A stretch of DNA of 63,792 nucleotides, filler included, from Pelomyxa schiedti (taxonomy: Eukaryota > Protista > Evosea), in the NCBI GenBank assembly GCA_020536535.1. It is 8 parts of 8 records of this genome, joined end to end, with 100 filler letters (N's around TTAATTAATTAA, not from the genome) between each part and the next. Parts side by side here need not be neighbours in the genome. Positions count along the whole stretch, not along the records: positions 21,195 to 41,673 come from JAHLWZ010000778.1; 7 more parts are not named here. One strand, 5' to 3'. The notes below the pieces were generated by a model. The model did no database searches. It was not told where the DNA came from and worked only from the letters and a program-made list of their open reading frames with translations. The position numbers and the translations under genes are program-made. Of the stretch, positions 26,300 through 38,516 are shown one piece after another. The first letter of the stretch is position 1, and the number at the start of each line of letters is the position of its first letter.

Positions 26300-28699
26300 T
26301 CAGTAGAATGGCTGATGTGGTACGGTGGTATTGTTGTAGCCAAATGCTACATTTGAAACTTCTGGGTACAGGTCAAAATATGTGGAACCCCGCTGTTGGT
26401 GCTGGGGGTACATAGGTGATGGTATTGATGAGTAGGTGGGTGGTTGCATGGAATTCTGGTTAAGAGGAGGTGGAAGGAATTCCTGTTGTTGTGGGAGTGA
26501 TGCCTCTTGCTGGGCAAAGAATTCCGGGTATGATTGTGATTGTTGCTGTGGGAAGTTAGAGGATTCTGGTTGTTGCAAACGGGGGTTGAATTGTTCTTGT
26601 TGCCGGGGGTCCGGCGGGAATTGTTGCTCTGGCTGTTGGTCCGAGAATTGTTGTTCTAGGTGGTCCGGTTGTTGTTGCTGTTGTTGTGTAAAGTTAGTGC
26701 CGGATGGTTCAAGTACGGGGAGTGAGTTTGGATTGATAAACTGTACGAAAGTGGGCACGGGGGGATGTTGCGAGTCTTGCGGAAGGATGTATAGCTGTTG
26801 TAGCTGTTGCCGTTGTTGCTGCTCCATGGGTGTTACAAAGGATTGATTGGGCTCAGAGTTTGCGTAGAAGTGCGGCGGTTGTGCGTCGTGTGGAAAGGGT
26901 ATTTGAGTTGTGTACGAAGAGTTATCAGGGCGAGTTTGGGAAGGAGGACATTGCTGGAGAGCAGCTGCAAGCTGTTGGTCCAACTCTATCAAAATAGATC
27001 TCCGTGCAGCTGATACCATCTGTGGAAGTGTCATGTGATGAAGGGATAATTATAATTTGGAAACCTCCAGTTTGTACACTCTGCTCCTTTCTTTTTCCAC
27101 CCAGTTTACTATTTCCCTGGGCAATGTGTTAGCCACCTTCATTTGGTATTTAGGACACTACTTGATACAAGGGGCGACCATGCGGTACTGTGCTAAGCCT
27201 TGAGACTCTCTGGAAAGTTTGTCTAGTTTGTGCCAAGCAATCTCCTTTGACAAGGATTAAAGTTTGTCTATTATAAGATAGGACTACCCTAATTTCATTT
27301 CTTGTTACCGGACAAAACCGATTTGACATAGAAACATAGGCGCAGATGTAGAGCTGGTCTCTTCGGGTCCCAGATTCTAATTCCAGAAATTCAGACTCTC
27401 GAATGAAGTCTGCGTTGTGGTGTTAAGAAATGGTGAGACTCAAAAAAGATTTACCAGTCACATCAAGCCCAATTTCTTCCCGCACTTCTCTGATAGCCCC
27501 CAAATGAGGACTCTCATTTTCTTTAAGTTTACCTTTGGGAAACCCCCAGCCCATATTGCCAAAGCCACGAACCATCATAACCTGATGCACAGTGAGTCTT
27601 TCCTTTTTTTTTTTTCAAAAGATGACTGTACATAAGATAAAGTCGGATCAAGGACGATAGCACCAGCACATGGGACAGATGCCTTCCAATTCTTGAAGTT
27701 TGCCACGACTTCACTGAAGTTGCTGATTGACTTACCAATGAAGCTGAGCTGGGGACTATTGAGAAATACTATCGCCTCGATTAGTGGTTGCTAATGGGCA
27801 TTCAGCAAGAATACAATTTTGGGCAAATCTCTCCAAGTTCATTTTTGGTAGCTGCGGGTAAACCTTGCAGTAAATGTCTTTGTAGTACCACCAAGCCTCT
27901 TCTGCACCCGATAAGTAAAATAATAGGAAGAAGTGTTCACGTACCAACATAGATAAACAGGGGTTCCACTGTGTGTACTGTTGCCAGGATTTCATCTGGA
28001 ATAAAATTCCTGGATGAAGGGAAAGTAAGTTTGCGTGTGTGCAAAAATACTGGGGGGGGGCATACTGGGCCAGGGTGACCATTATTGTTGGCATTGTGGG
28101 AGGTAGTGGTGGAAAATGCTCACTGTTTGAAGCACGCCAAGATATGCTGCAAATGATGTCGCTGCCATCTTCTTGGGGTGGTGGGACAACTGGAAGAGGG
28201 AGTTTGCTGAGAGCCACAACCGGGTTCCTCCATTGGGGTGACGGAATGACAGGGGCCAAGTGATTGACTGGTGGGTGTGGATTGCATGCTTTGGAGGTGA
28301 GAGGTGCCACACTTTGAAGCAGGAGGGAGGCAAAAAGGGCTCTGGAAGATGGAGATGCAGAAGCTGGCAGTGAACGGATCGAGGGGAGAGACAAGGGCAA
28401 TGCAGATAATGGTTTCAATGTATGTTTCCATGCAGGAGCTATTGGTTGCTGTTAGGCTGTTGGGTTGTTTGCTTCTTCATTTCAATCACAATTCAATAAG
28501 GTACGGAAATTAGCATCCATTTCTTGATTATTTATTTAAATTTGGCAAAGTTGCATGTGATAGGAAGGAGGAGTGGATTTAGAGACATACTTTGTGATGG
28601 GAGGCCCACAGAGGAAAGTTGCTTTTGCTTCTTCCCAATCCTTCCTTGTTTGGGTCTTTTGGTGCTTTTAAATGAAGTCATTTTTGAAATTGTTGACAT
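26300..28699 (-). CDS. DCP2: mRNA-decapping enzyme DCP2 (multi-exon; start approximate)
   Basis: Box A EEAWWYYKD..PQLPKMNL, WKASVPCAGAIVLD, WGFPKGK, Nudix box GKLKENESPHLGAIREVREEIGLD; Q/P-rich tail. Confidence 0.9.
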
Positions 28700-29028
28700 G
28701 ATGTTGTTGGGTATTTGGTGACTGATAACTTGCGCGACGAGAATGATGGTACAGGTTGGTCCCACAAGCAAGTTACAAAACAAAAATATAAACAAGAAAA
28801 TGTGTGACGGGCACAGCACAACCACAACTACTACGACAGGCCAACACCAACAAATGGTTGGCCGACACCCCTACAACAAAACTATTGTGGGAGCTTCGGA
28901 CCGGACTAACACAGGAAAACAAGACCACGAAAACCCCTGCTCGCTCGCGCTTCCTAGTACCCTTGGGTTTTTTTTGTTGTTTTCGCGGTGTCCTTCTCTG
29001 AAGAACAGCTGCCCATCACAGATTCGTT

Positions 29029-32000
29029 ATGGACGGCGCAACGACAGGGCGCGGGGGAGCCAGGGGACGAGGAGCTAGGGGAAGAGGGGCCAGAGGACGC
29101 GGGAGGGGCGCCAGAGGCAGGGGCCGCGGAAGGGGTCAGGCAACCGCCGCCTCGGCCGGCCCAGCAGCGCCGTCTGAGCCCGCCGCCGCGCAGCCCGGGG
29201 CGGACGACTCTGCCGCGTCCACGGCGGCAGCGGCGCCCCCAGGCCGCGGGAGGGGCGGCCGGGGCCGGGGGAGGCGCGGGAGGCGCGGCGCCCGCGACGT
29301 GCTCGACGTGGTGGTGAGCGCCCGCGCCCAGATCGAGACCACGCCCGGCGTCCGCGGCCGCGACATCGCGGCGGCCCTCTACGTCCGCCACCTCGAGGAG
29401 GTCCCGCAGGAGCCCGACAAGGGCGCCCTGGAAGAAGCCGAGGCCCAGCGCGAGCGGATCCGCGAGGCCGAGGCCGCAGCAGCCGCCGCGGCGTCAGCGG
29501 CCGCGACAGCAGAAGGAGCGGGAGGGGGGGAGGGCGCGGAGGGAGCAGAGGACAAGGGCAAAGACAAGGCGGAGGGGGCCGAGGGTGCCGAGGGGGAAGC
29601 GGGGAAGAAGCCGGCGGGGGCGGGGGCAGGGGCAGGGGCCGACGGAGAGGGGGCGGAGGGGGGAGCTGGGGGGAAGAAGGGGGGAGTGTTCCATAGGCCG
29701 CACCTTGGGCTGGGGCTCAAGTTGCATGCGCCGCACCGGCCGCACTTGGGGATATTGCCGCACCTGGGACTGAGTATACCTATGCCAGGATTCAGGAAGG
29801 GAGCAAAAGGTCCTGTGGATACGGCTGCTGTGCTGGAGGACTTGCACATTGTGGCGGTTGTGGGTATGTTATGTTTGATTATTAGTATGTGTTTATTTTT
29901 TTATTTGTATTCACATTCTCAACTCAAATAACAACGTAGTAAAAAGAAGCAGTAAGAAGGGAAAGATTGTGTGGCTAAAAAAAGATGACAGCGAAACGAC
30001 ATCGTCAAGGTATTGGTTTCATGGTAACCTTCTTCTTGTTTAACAAATGTTAGTTACATGATAACAAAGGATTGGAGATTTGAACAACTTATCCGAATTG
30101 AAACAGTGAAAGCTGATGACTCAGTCTTTATTCTCATATTTAAGAGACCGTTTATCTTTAAAACGGCCTCTCGTTCGGACCGGGATGAATTTCTGTGTGC
30201 GTTGTACTATGTAAACTGCAACCCCAGCATTGTATGCATTCTTAGTTAGTACAGTCCTGCCAAGAAATTCTCCAAACCGTTCCCGACTCGAACTTTGACA
30301 TACAGTCTTTATCGAAATCTTTGATGGGAGGTATATAGTGAGACTATTCGCTCCTCTCCCCATACTCACTTTAAGATTTAGAGCTTTCAGGTGGTGCTAT
30401 GGGCAAAGGTACTCCCACAGCTTATCATTCTTCAATGCTTTTTAACTTTTTAAAGACTTGAAGATGATGTCGGCCGATGAAGTCAAAGACATCATGGAAA
30501 TTCTTGGAATGAGTGATTCACACAAAGATGATTCACATAAAGACCTAACAAATCTGGAGGAAACATGTTTCAACATATCATCTGATCTCTGGCAACTTGA
30601 AAATGTACTTTTCTATTTCATCCATTCCCTTCTTAAATGTTGTCAGCAAAACGTTCGTGATCTCATGGAAACTACGGATTCTGTTTTACAAGTTCTTGGC
30701 AGTATCACTGTAATAGAGCGCAAAGTCTCTGCCCTGTTAAATACACTGGCTGACTATAGTTCCCAGCTCGATGTGCTTCTGCTCCTTTTGTAGTTCCTTC
30801 TGATCTTTCCGGTAGAACATGAAGAAAGATATGAAATTGATAGAATCCAAGAACAACCGCATGGATACGATTACCACAAATCAGAAGGCGCTACAAAATG
30901 AATTAAACACTTTTCTCGTGGGTACTTTTTAACCCTGTTGTTGTGCTCAAGCGGTAATACTCAGGAATCCATTACTGTTGAGAAAGACACAAGAGATTAC
31001 CTGGAAGCAGATGACAGTAATCTTGCCACTAAGCCTGGCCTTATCCCCAAAATGGTGGAGTGCGCTCACCTTCTAAGCCAGGCTATGGCAGTCCCCCAGT
31101 CCCTCCCACGAAGTATGGCTGCAATGAGCGTGGTCAAGTATCTTTATTACTTTTGAACAACACTATATTAACAAAACACCTCCTCCAGGCAGCAGAAAGG
31201 GAGATTAACAGTATTGAGAGATGATTTTGTTGCTCGACTTGAAAGAGTAGTTCTGGAGAAGATATCTCAATTGGTGTGACTTCGAAGTTTCTTATTTTTG
31301 TGCTCCCTGATCCTTGCAAAGGAAAAATTTTTCAATGAGAAAAAACCAAGTTCATCAAGCATACAAGTGAAAAGTACTTCCCCCATTCACGTCAAAACCT
31401 ACAAATATTTATACTTCTGCAGCCCATGAGATAGTTTTTAATACACTCAGACCATATACTGAACTCATGGCTTGGATGAAGTTGGCGGATCAAGAAATTC
31501 TTGAGTGCATGTGGGAGGTTAGTACTGAATCGAAAAATGAATAATACATCGATATTCATGATTGCAGGAATATCTTGAAACTATTTCCAAAATTTATCAA
31601 CGTGACACAAAAGAATTCTTTTCCCTCATCAGAGATAACACAATTCGAGATTCAAGAGAGCACAGGGGTAAGTATTCCAGTCACAATACAGAGGATTCTT
31701 AACTGCGACTAAACAGAGAGGCTTGAGCAAGTTCTTTTCTCCACCAGTTCTTCCAAGTTGAAACGGTCCCAACTCCCTTTACCCGCAAGTACCAACTATC
31801 CCTTTAACATTACTTAGTTAGTAACGTGCCACAGAACCCATTGAAAATAAATGCCCCCCTGGGAAGTTTCCTGCCGATAATGCTTTTACATTTGCATTAA
31901 ATAGCATCATGAAACTGATAAAAGATGAACAAGATTTTTTGGTATCTTTCTTCCAACTTGATATAGATGCACCCCAAGAGACCAAGTGTGTTTGTTGTTC

Positions 32001-33541
32001 TCATCCTCACCCAATGCTCATTATACAAACTCCTTCACTGCAGTAAAGTTGAATCTAGCTTGGAGAAAATGTTTCCAGATGCAGCCGAACTTATGATTGC
32101 ACTCCTGGAAACGGCGAGAAAATCGGATCCATTGTATCCATTCTTCCTTTTTTTTTCTGAGAAATTTTGATTCTGTTCCCTCATTCCTCGTAGTTACCTC
32201 TTCTCAGCCTTACTGGACATTGAAATGCAATTACGCACTGCAAACGCCTACATGGCAACAACATGTAGACTCATACATCAATCATGCAAACAGTTTGTAT
32301 CAATATTTCTGGTTGAGTTCTCGAAACACCCCAAGAGAGTAAATTTAAATTTACCACCATGGTTTAGGATGATCAAGTAGCTGCAATCACCAACACGCAG
32401 CTTATTGGTACAAAGGGCTATGGAATTGCACCCCATTTCATGCGCTATCAGGTTTGCAATTTTCTGTTTTCCAGAGTTTGATGTTCCTGGCAGGCTTTTG
32501 TGGACTACATGGAAGGATCGACAACTGGCCGTGCTGCTGACAAAGTTGATACTGATGACCTGGATGTTGCTTGGGATGCATTGGAGACTGTTACCACTCC
32601 TTCTTATCTCAAGGTTAACTGCAGAAAGTTTTTACAAATCTCACCTCTGGGAACAGATCACACATGCTCTGTTTGATTGGTTGAATACAATGAAGAGTTT
32701 CCATGATCATGTCCTGCATGACAGCCATATTCCATTGATTCTTGATGTCAAACCCGGTGACTTGGGAAGATTGGTGGCACCACAACCACAACCCGTACCA
32801 AACCAAGTTGTCACCACACCAAAGAGGGGAATGTACATACTTCGTATAGGTATGAAGCCTATTTTTCTCTCAGGTTCAAATTCCTTTTTTCAAGAAAATT
32901 ATGAATACTTTGCCGATTCGATCACTCCCAAGTGCCGCAAAGTCAAGTGCCTCAACCAATTTGTAGAAACAGCCAAGCAAGAAAGCGAGTCCAACATGCG
33001 GGCTCTTTGCAACAAACTTCTGAATGATAAATTCGCAACCCTAATGGTAACCTCTTTCCCTGCGTTTTACCTGAATTAATTCCTTATGCAGAGCTTCTTC
33101 ATGGGTGTCGACTCCCTTCTGCACTCTGGAATCCCCCCCGAAGATATTCAATACCAAACGTCCCACTCCAAACGCATTTGTACACAAGTTCTAGAATCTT
33201 TGCAGCCGGTTAGAGTATGTTACATTCTCCATCTGACCAAATTCGCCGACAATACCCCAGGTGAAGCACATTCTAGTGCAGATACTCAAGAGCATCAAGT
33301 CCAACTCTTCATCGGATATAAATGTGGCGGAACTTATCTGGAAGAATGTTCAGGCCGAAATGAGCTACCGGCTAGGCCATATCTCTGACATTCTTCTTAC
33401 ATGCTACTCCTCATCCTCAACCAGTCCTATGCAGGTCATTAGTATACCTTTGTACATTCATTACTGACATAAATACAGCCGCCTGTCAGTCAAGAGGCAC
33501 TGCGGAGCATGTTCAATGAAATATGGATAACAAAACATTGA
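29029..33541 (+). CDS. SEC3: Exocyst subunit SEC3/EXOC1 (multi-exon) with an RG-rich N-terminal extension
   Basis: PH-like YMITKDWRFEQL..FILIFKRPFIFKTASRSDRDEFL; coiled coil IESKNNRM...NQKALQNEL; MSVVK..F..RL; ENYEYF; FFMGVDSLL..GIPPEDIQYQ. Confidence 0.85.
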
Positions 33542-33635
33542 TTGGTCCTTTGACTCTTTACCATGTAACATATTCACCCACCGATTCCACAGCATTGTGT
33601 AAGAAAAAAAAAAATCACAAGGGATTCCTCATCCT

Positions 33636-34867
33636 CTATGATGTTTTGTTGGCATCGGTATGGCTTTGTTGTAGTGATGTGGTGAGGTTTTTATGTGGTT
33701 GTAATGGTGAGTCTTCTTCAGCAGCAGTGTTTTGGGGAGATTTCGTTGTGGTGGCGATTGCAAGCTGCGGTGGTGGTAGGGTGGAATTGATTGGGTGTGA
33801 TGGTGATTCTGGGTGATGCCGGTGTTTGTTTTTGTCAGCAGCGGAAGAAAGTAATTTCACGAACTTCTGTGCCGATGGGGGTAATATGTTCGAAGGCGTT
33901 TGACTCTGGGATGAAAAATTGGTGAGAAATAAAATGGATTGGTGCAAGTGATACCGGAATCACAGAAGCTGTTTGTTGCTTTGAAGGAGTTACAAGCGAG
34001 GAGTTGGGAGTTCTGCAGGTTATTGCCAAGTAGGTTTTCCGGTACTGTTGCGCTGGTGTAATTGGAGCCTAATATATATTGACATCAGACACTCCCAAAA
34101 AGATGGAGATACAGAATTAGTATTATGCCGAAAAAGTAATTTACCTCGCATCTAGAAATAACTCTGACAGGGGGCCCCAGTGGAGTCTGTGGCACGGTTC
34201 TCCTCACAGGCCCGGTCAATAAGCTCCCATCGCCGCCAATCGCGCTCCCAGTTGATGATGCATTCAATTTCACAACATCAGAATTAATCAGAGACTGTCC
34301 GTTAAATTTGGTGAGAATATTGCGCTTCTGTTCTGGTGTGAGTGTTGTTGATGAAGATGATGTAGTGGTAGTGCATATAGTGGTACTGCTGTTCCCATAA
34401 TCGCTGGTTGCCGGCGCACTGGCAATCACATTAGGTTTTTGTGCGGCGTCACAAGTGGGCGTAGTTTGCTGTAAATTGGAAGGTTTCGTTCTCTGCACTT
34501 CGGGTCGGCCTCCTTTGGTCCCATAATCACAACCACAAGCACTTGGAGTAAACGTAAGTTTTCGCGGTGCCCTGGTCGCCGTCGCTGGCCTCGTTCTCGT
34601 TCTCGCCACAGTCGTCGCCGTCGCACAACGTAGCGGGGGTCCCACAATGCGTCTCGGCGCTGCTGGATGTGGCGGCACTGCCACGACTCGGCCGCGGCTC
34701 GAGACGGGGCGCACTATGGGCAGGGGCGCCCGTCGCTGCGGAACACCATTGTGGGAGAACGCGGAAACCACCACACGCCTCCGCTTGTTTATGTTGTTGA
34801 TGTCGGCACCACCTCTCGTGCTCATTCCCTGCGTGGTCGTAGTCGTCTTGTCCCGCACTAGCGACAT
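33636..34867 (-). CDS. Hypothetical Ser/Thr/Pro/Arg-rich protein
   Basis: ORFs 34085-34882 and 33636-33947 joinable by short GT-AG introns; no domain recognised. Confidence 0.45.
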
Positions 34868-35056
34868 GGTTCCCGGGCTCACAAAATAAGCACAACCTTT
34901 GGTGGTTGATGTTTTTCACTGAGGTTGGAACGCATGGTGGGATTCTGGCACACCAACTCCCACACAATCCACGACACGCTCATCACGCGACGAACCTCGA
35001 TCTCCGCCTCTCAGCTCCGCTTCATTTTTCGTTTGTGGATAGCACAATCACAAGTG

Positions 35057-35443
35057 ATGAGCGGGTACAAGGCGGAGATGGTGGCGGTTGCGGGTCGCGA
35101 GCAGCTGGCCGAGTTCGTGGCGGCGACGTCGCCCCGAGCCGTGGTCGTGTACTTCACGGGGCAACTCGCAGTGCCGTGCTTCGAGCCGGCGGTGCGCGAC
35201 CGGTCGGCGAGCGCCGGCGTCGCGGTGGCGCGCGTGGACGTGGACAACAAGAAGGACAACGCCGGGCTAATAGCCGAGTTTGGCGTCACTGGAATTCCCA
35301 CATTTGTTGCTGTGCAGGGAACTCCTGATAACATAATTGCCCGGCTCCATGGCCTCTGGGTCAAGTCGTTTGATTCCTTCCTTGCAACAGTGGCAAGTGT
35401 TGGAAATGGTGCATCCAGCAAAAATAACAACAACAGCACATGA
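35057..35443 (+). CDS. Atypical thioredoxin-fold protein (AVPC in place of CGPC)
   Basis: VVVYFTGQLAVPC, VARVDVD, EFGVTGIPTFV cis-Pro loop. Confidence 0.8.
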   Translation: MSGYKAEMVAVAGREQLAEFVAATSPRAVVVYFTGQLAVPCFEPAVRDRSASAGVAVARVDVDNKKDNAGLIAEFGVTGIPTFVAVQGTPDNIIARLHGLWVKSFDSFLATVASVGNGASSKNNNNST

Positions 35444-35950
35444 GCTACCCAGACAAATGTATGAAAACTTTTGGTACATTTTCCTGCCAAGTGATGTGGA
35501 GGTTTATTTGTGTGTGAGGATCCCTGTACCTTCCCTTGCCTTCATGTAGTCCTTCATTCCTCAATCCCAGCTTTCTCCCCTTGAAAGCCCTTTCTTCCTA
35601 GTCATCTGCACCCCTTTTTTTGAGGATTGTTTCCCACACAAAAGTGGCACACTTCGTTTGCTCACTTTTGTGTGGTTGCGTCTTGTGTTTGTTTTTTTGG
35701 AGGAAAGTGGTTTGTATTTGAGTTGTAACCTCAGAAGAAGCAGCAAAAAAACAGCCAGCAGTAAGGCACACAATGAGCCGCCCTCCCACATCACTGCAGT
35801 TGTTGTGCGCAGCAGCCCGCTATACAGACACTACCCCAGCCATCCTTGTAGCAAACCAGCTTGTTGCTTTTTGTTGTTTGATGGTAACAAGAATTTTTTT
35901 TCTTCTTTAGTGAAGTTTTTTCCAGGCCAGGTTAGCTGGTCGGCTGGTCG

Positions 35951-38180
35951 TTAGACTCTGGAGCACTTGCGGACTGGCTGGGAGACAGAAGCGGACGTTG
36001 TTGTGGTTGTGGATGATGAGGGGGGAGGGGGTCTCTTGTGCCCAGTGCTGCTGCTGTTGCTAGGGCTGCTGCTCCGGCTCCTGTTCCGGCTGGAATTTGT
36101 TGACTCCTTGTGTGCGGTCTGCTGTGGACTGGAAGATGTAGCTGCGGTATTGGATTGCCGCGAGTTGCTCCTTGGGCTCCGGCTGCGGTCTCGCGGTCTG
36201 GATCCTCGGGGTGGCGAGCGGCTGCGGCTTGAACTGGAGTCCCTGGATTGGGTATTAGTAAGGTGAACTAAGGGGGAAACTTCTTACTGACCTCCTGTGG
36301 GAGTGGTAGGAATGATGGCGGTGGTGGCTGCTATGATGAGACTGCCTGGAACTGTGATGATCTCGATCACGATCGCGGTCGCGGTCTCTGTCTCTGTCAC
36401 GGTCTCGGTTCCTGTTATGTGTCAGAGTGCAATGTTATGTATAACTTTACCTTTCTTCCCCAGTTCCGCCACTGGGAGGTCCTTCATCATTCTCAGCATA
36501 AGCACCATTTGGGTTTATGAACACATGTAAAAAGTTGCATTCCTTTCCCCTTGGGCATAAACCTCGGTCGAACAAGCCACAGACAGCGGGCTTCCATTTG
36601 GTAACTGGGACAAACTGGGGAGATAACTGCCTTCCAGCATAAAATCGCCTACAAGCAACTGTGAAAAGAGATTCAATATCCGGAGATAAATACCCAGTTA
36701 AACCAATACAAGCTTTCATAGCATCAGCAGGAGCAGCGTACTGCACATACACATTTCCCCTTAAATGGCTAGCATGATTACAACAAACCTAAGTACATTA
36801 ACAATTGGTATTTGTCTTTGGGCTGTTCTTGCCTTGAACTGAACAATCTCTCCATATTTTTTAAATTCTCCGTGAATATCCTCAAAGAACTCCTTGAAAT
36901 GCTTCTGAATCTCCTTGTCATCATACTGTATTTTGTTTTATGATTGTTTTTTTTAGGAGGGAATGTGTGATAAGAGAGCAGTTGGTGTCTGTTATGAATC
37001 AGCTGCAAGGAAAAAAAGGAAAAAGACCGCTCAGTACCTCTAGATCACCATCGAATTCATCGTCAGCCTTTGAAGAAGCCATACCAAGACCGTCATACAT
37101 ATTTTTCACTTGAGGGTATTAGTAAAGCAGATTGAGGAAAGAGTAACTTACACAGTATAGTGGGACTTAGAGTGGGGTATGGGTGCCCCTTACCACAGCG
37201 ATCACCAAATCTGCATGAGCCAGTTTTCAAGAAAAAAGCGCAATGAAGAGGATCCTTTTCAGTTCCAAAAGACTGTTTTGTTTGTGCATCCATATCGGGG
37301 AGTGGTTGAATTTCCCATGGAGTCTGTAGAATTTTATTGTGTTACACAATTAATTGGTCGCGTACCTCATTAGGAGCGATATAAGTAACTCGCGAGCTGG
37401 AAGGAGTTGCAGCGAGCATTTGTTGTTGTTGGAATTGATATTCTTGAGATGGAAGTGCTGCTCGAGTAGGTGCCTTGGCTATAACAGCTTCTCCAGTTTT
37501 CATTGTGGATTGATCTTCCTGTGAGGAATCAAACAGACGTTCAACACAAACAAAAAAAAGAACGAAAGTTAACGAGAGAGAAAAGATCATGAGATTTTCA
37601 GAGGCCTCGGGTCTTGTTGGTGTTAGAATTAGCGAGGTGTTTTGGCGTCGAGTGGTGCACAAGTTGTGTGTTTTTTTGTGGGTGAGGGTCCTGAGGCGAA
37701 AATTAACCTTTCCAGTTGCCATTTCCGTCAGGTTACGCCCTTCATGTTCCTTTTTCAATTCCTCCCTTCAAATCCAGTTAAGTAAGCCAAAAAGAGAAAA
37801 AGAGAAAAAAAGAACAAAAAACCAAACAACAAAACGCGTTACATACAGTATGTCGTCGGCGGACTCTGATTTCACGTCGGCCACGGCGGTGCCACCCGGT
37901 TGCTGTTGCTGAGTGGGTTCCTGCGTGGTTTGCTGGGCCGTCGTACGCCTGGCCTCTTGCCGCTTTTGTTTCTTCTTCAGCTTGCGCTTCTCCGCGCTTG
38001 TCATCGTGGTATTTGCAGGGGCATTTCCCACAACTGCGGTTTCGCTCGCGGGGCTGGGGTTTGGCACCGGGACCGGGGCAGCGGCTAAACACGACGTCAA
38101 TGCCATGCTTACTTGTAATAAAAACAAAAAAGAAACATACGCGGTGCCGTTGGTGTCGCAGTTCCGGCTTCCTTGTCCAT
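35951..38180 (-). CDS. ZRSR2: U2AF35-related splicing factor ZRSR2/URP (CCCH-UHM-CCCH plus RS tail)
   Basis: Basic N-terminus KRKLKKKQKRQE; CAFFLKTGSCRFGDRC..HPYP; FKVCCNHASHLRGNVYVQY; FYAGRQL..FVPVTKWKPAVCGLF..CPRGKECNFLHVF.NP; RS-rich end. Confidence 0.88.
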
Positions 38181-38516
38181 CCCTTGTTTGTGGTTTTTCT
38201 TTTCCTTTTTTTTCTTGATCTCTGCTCTAGCGGTGGAGTGAACACTTGAACCCGACACTCTGGGCACTCTCCTCTTCAACCCGTTTTGGTTGTTCCTCCC
38301 AAATCCCGTACCGTAGACCGAAGTTGACTGCCATCACAGATTCTTACCCGAACGACGATCGCGGGTGGGATGCACCGCCAGCTTTGTGACTTTTGGAGTG
38401 TGTTGCCAACAACAGCAAGGACACATGGCACATGTAATGTTTGCCTTGCAAGTCCTTTTCCATTGCAACAGAGATGACTACCCAGACGAAAGCAAAAAAA
38501 AAACCCATTGTGACAA

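Noticed and set aside
26436-26846. Cys-rich metallothionein-like ORF
   Set aside because: Antisense shadow of the CAA/CAG-rich DCP2 tail
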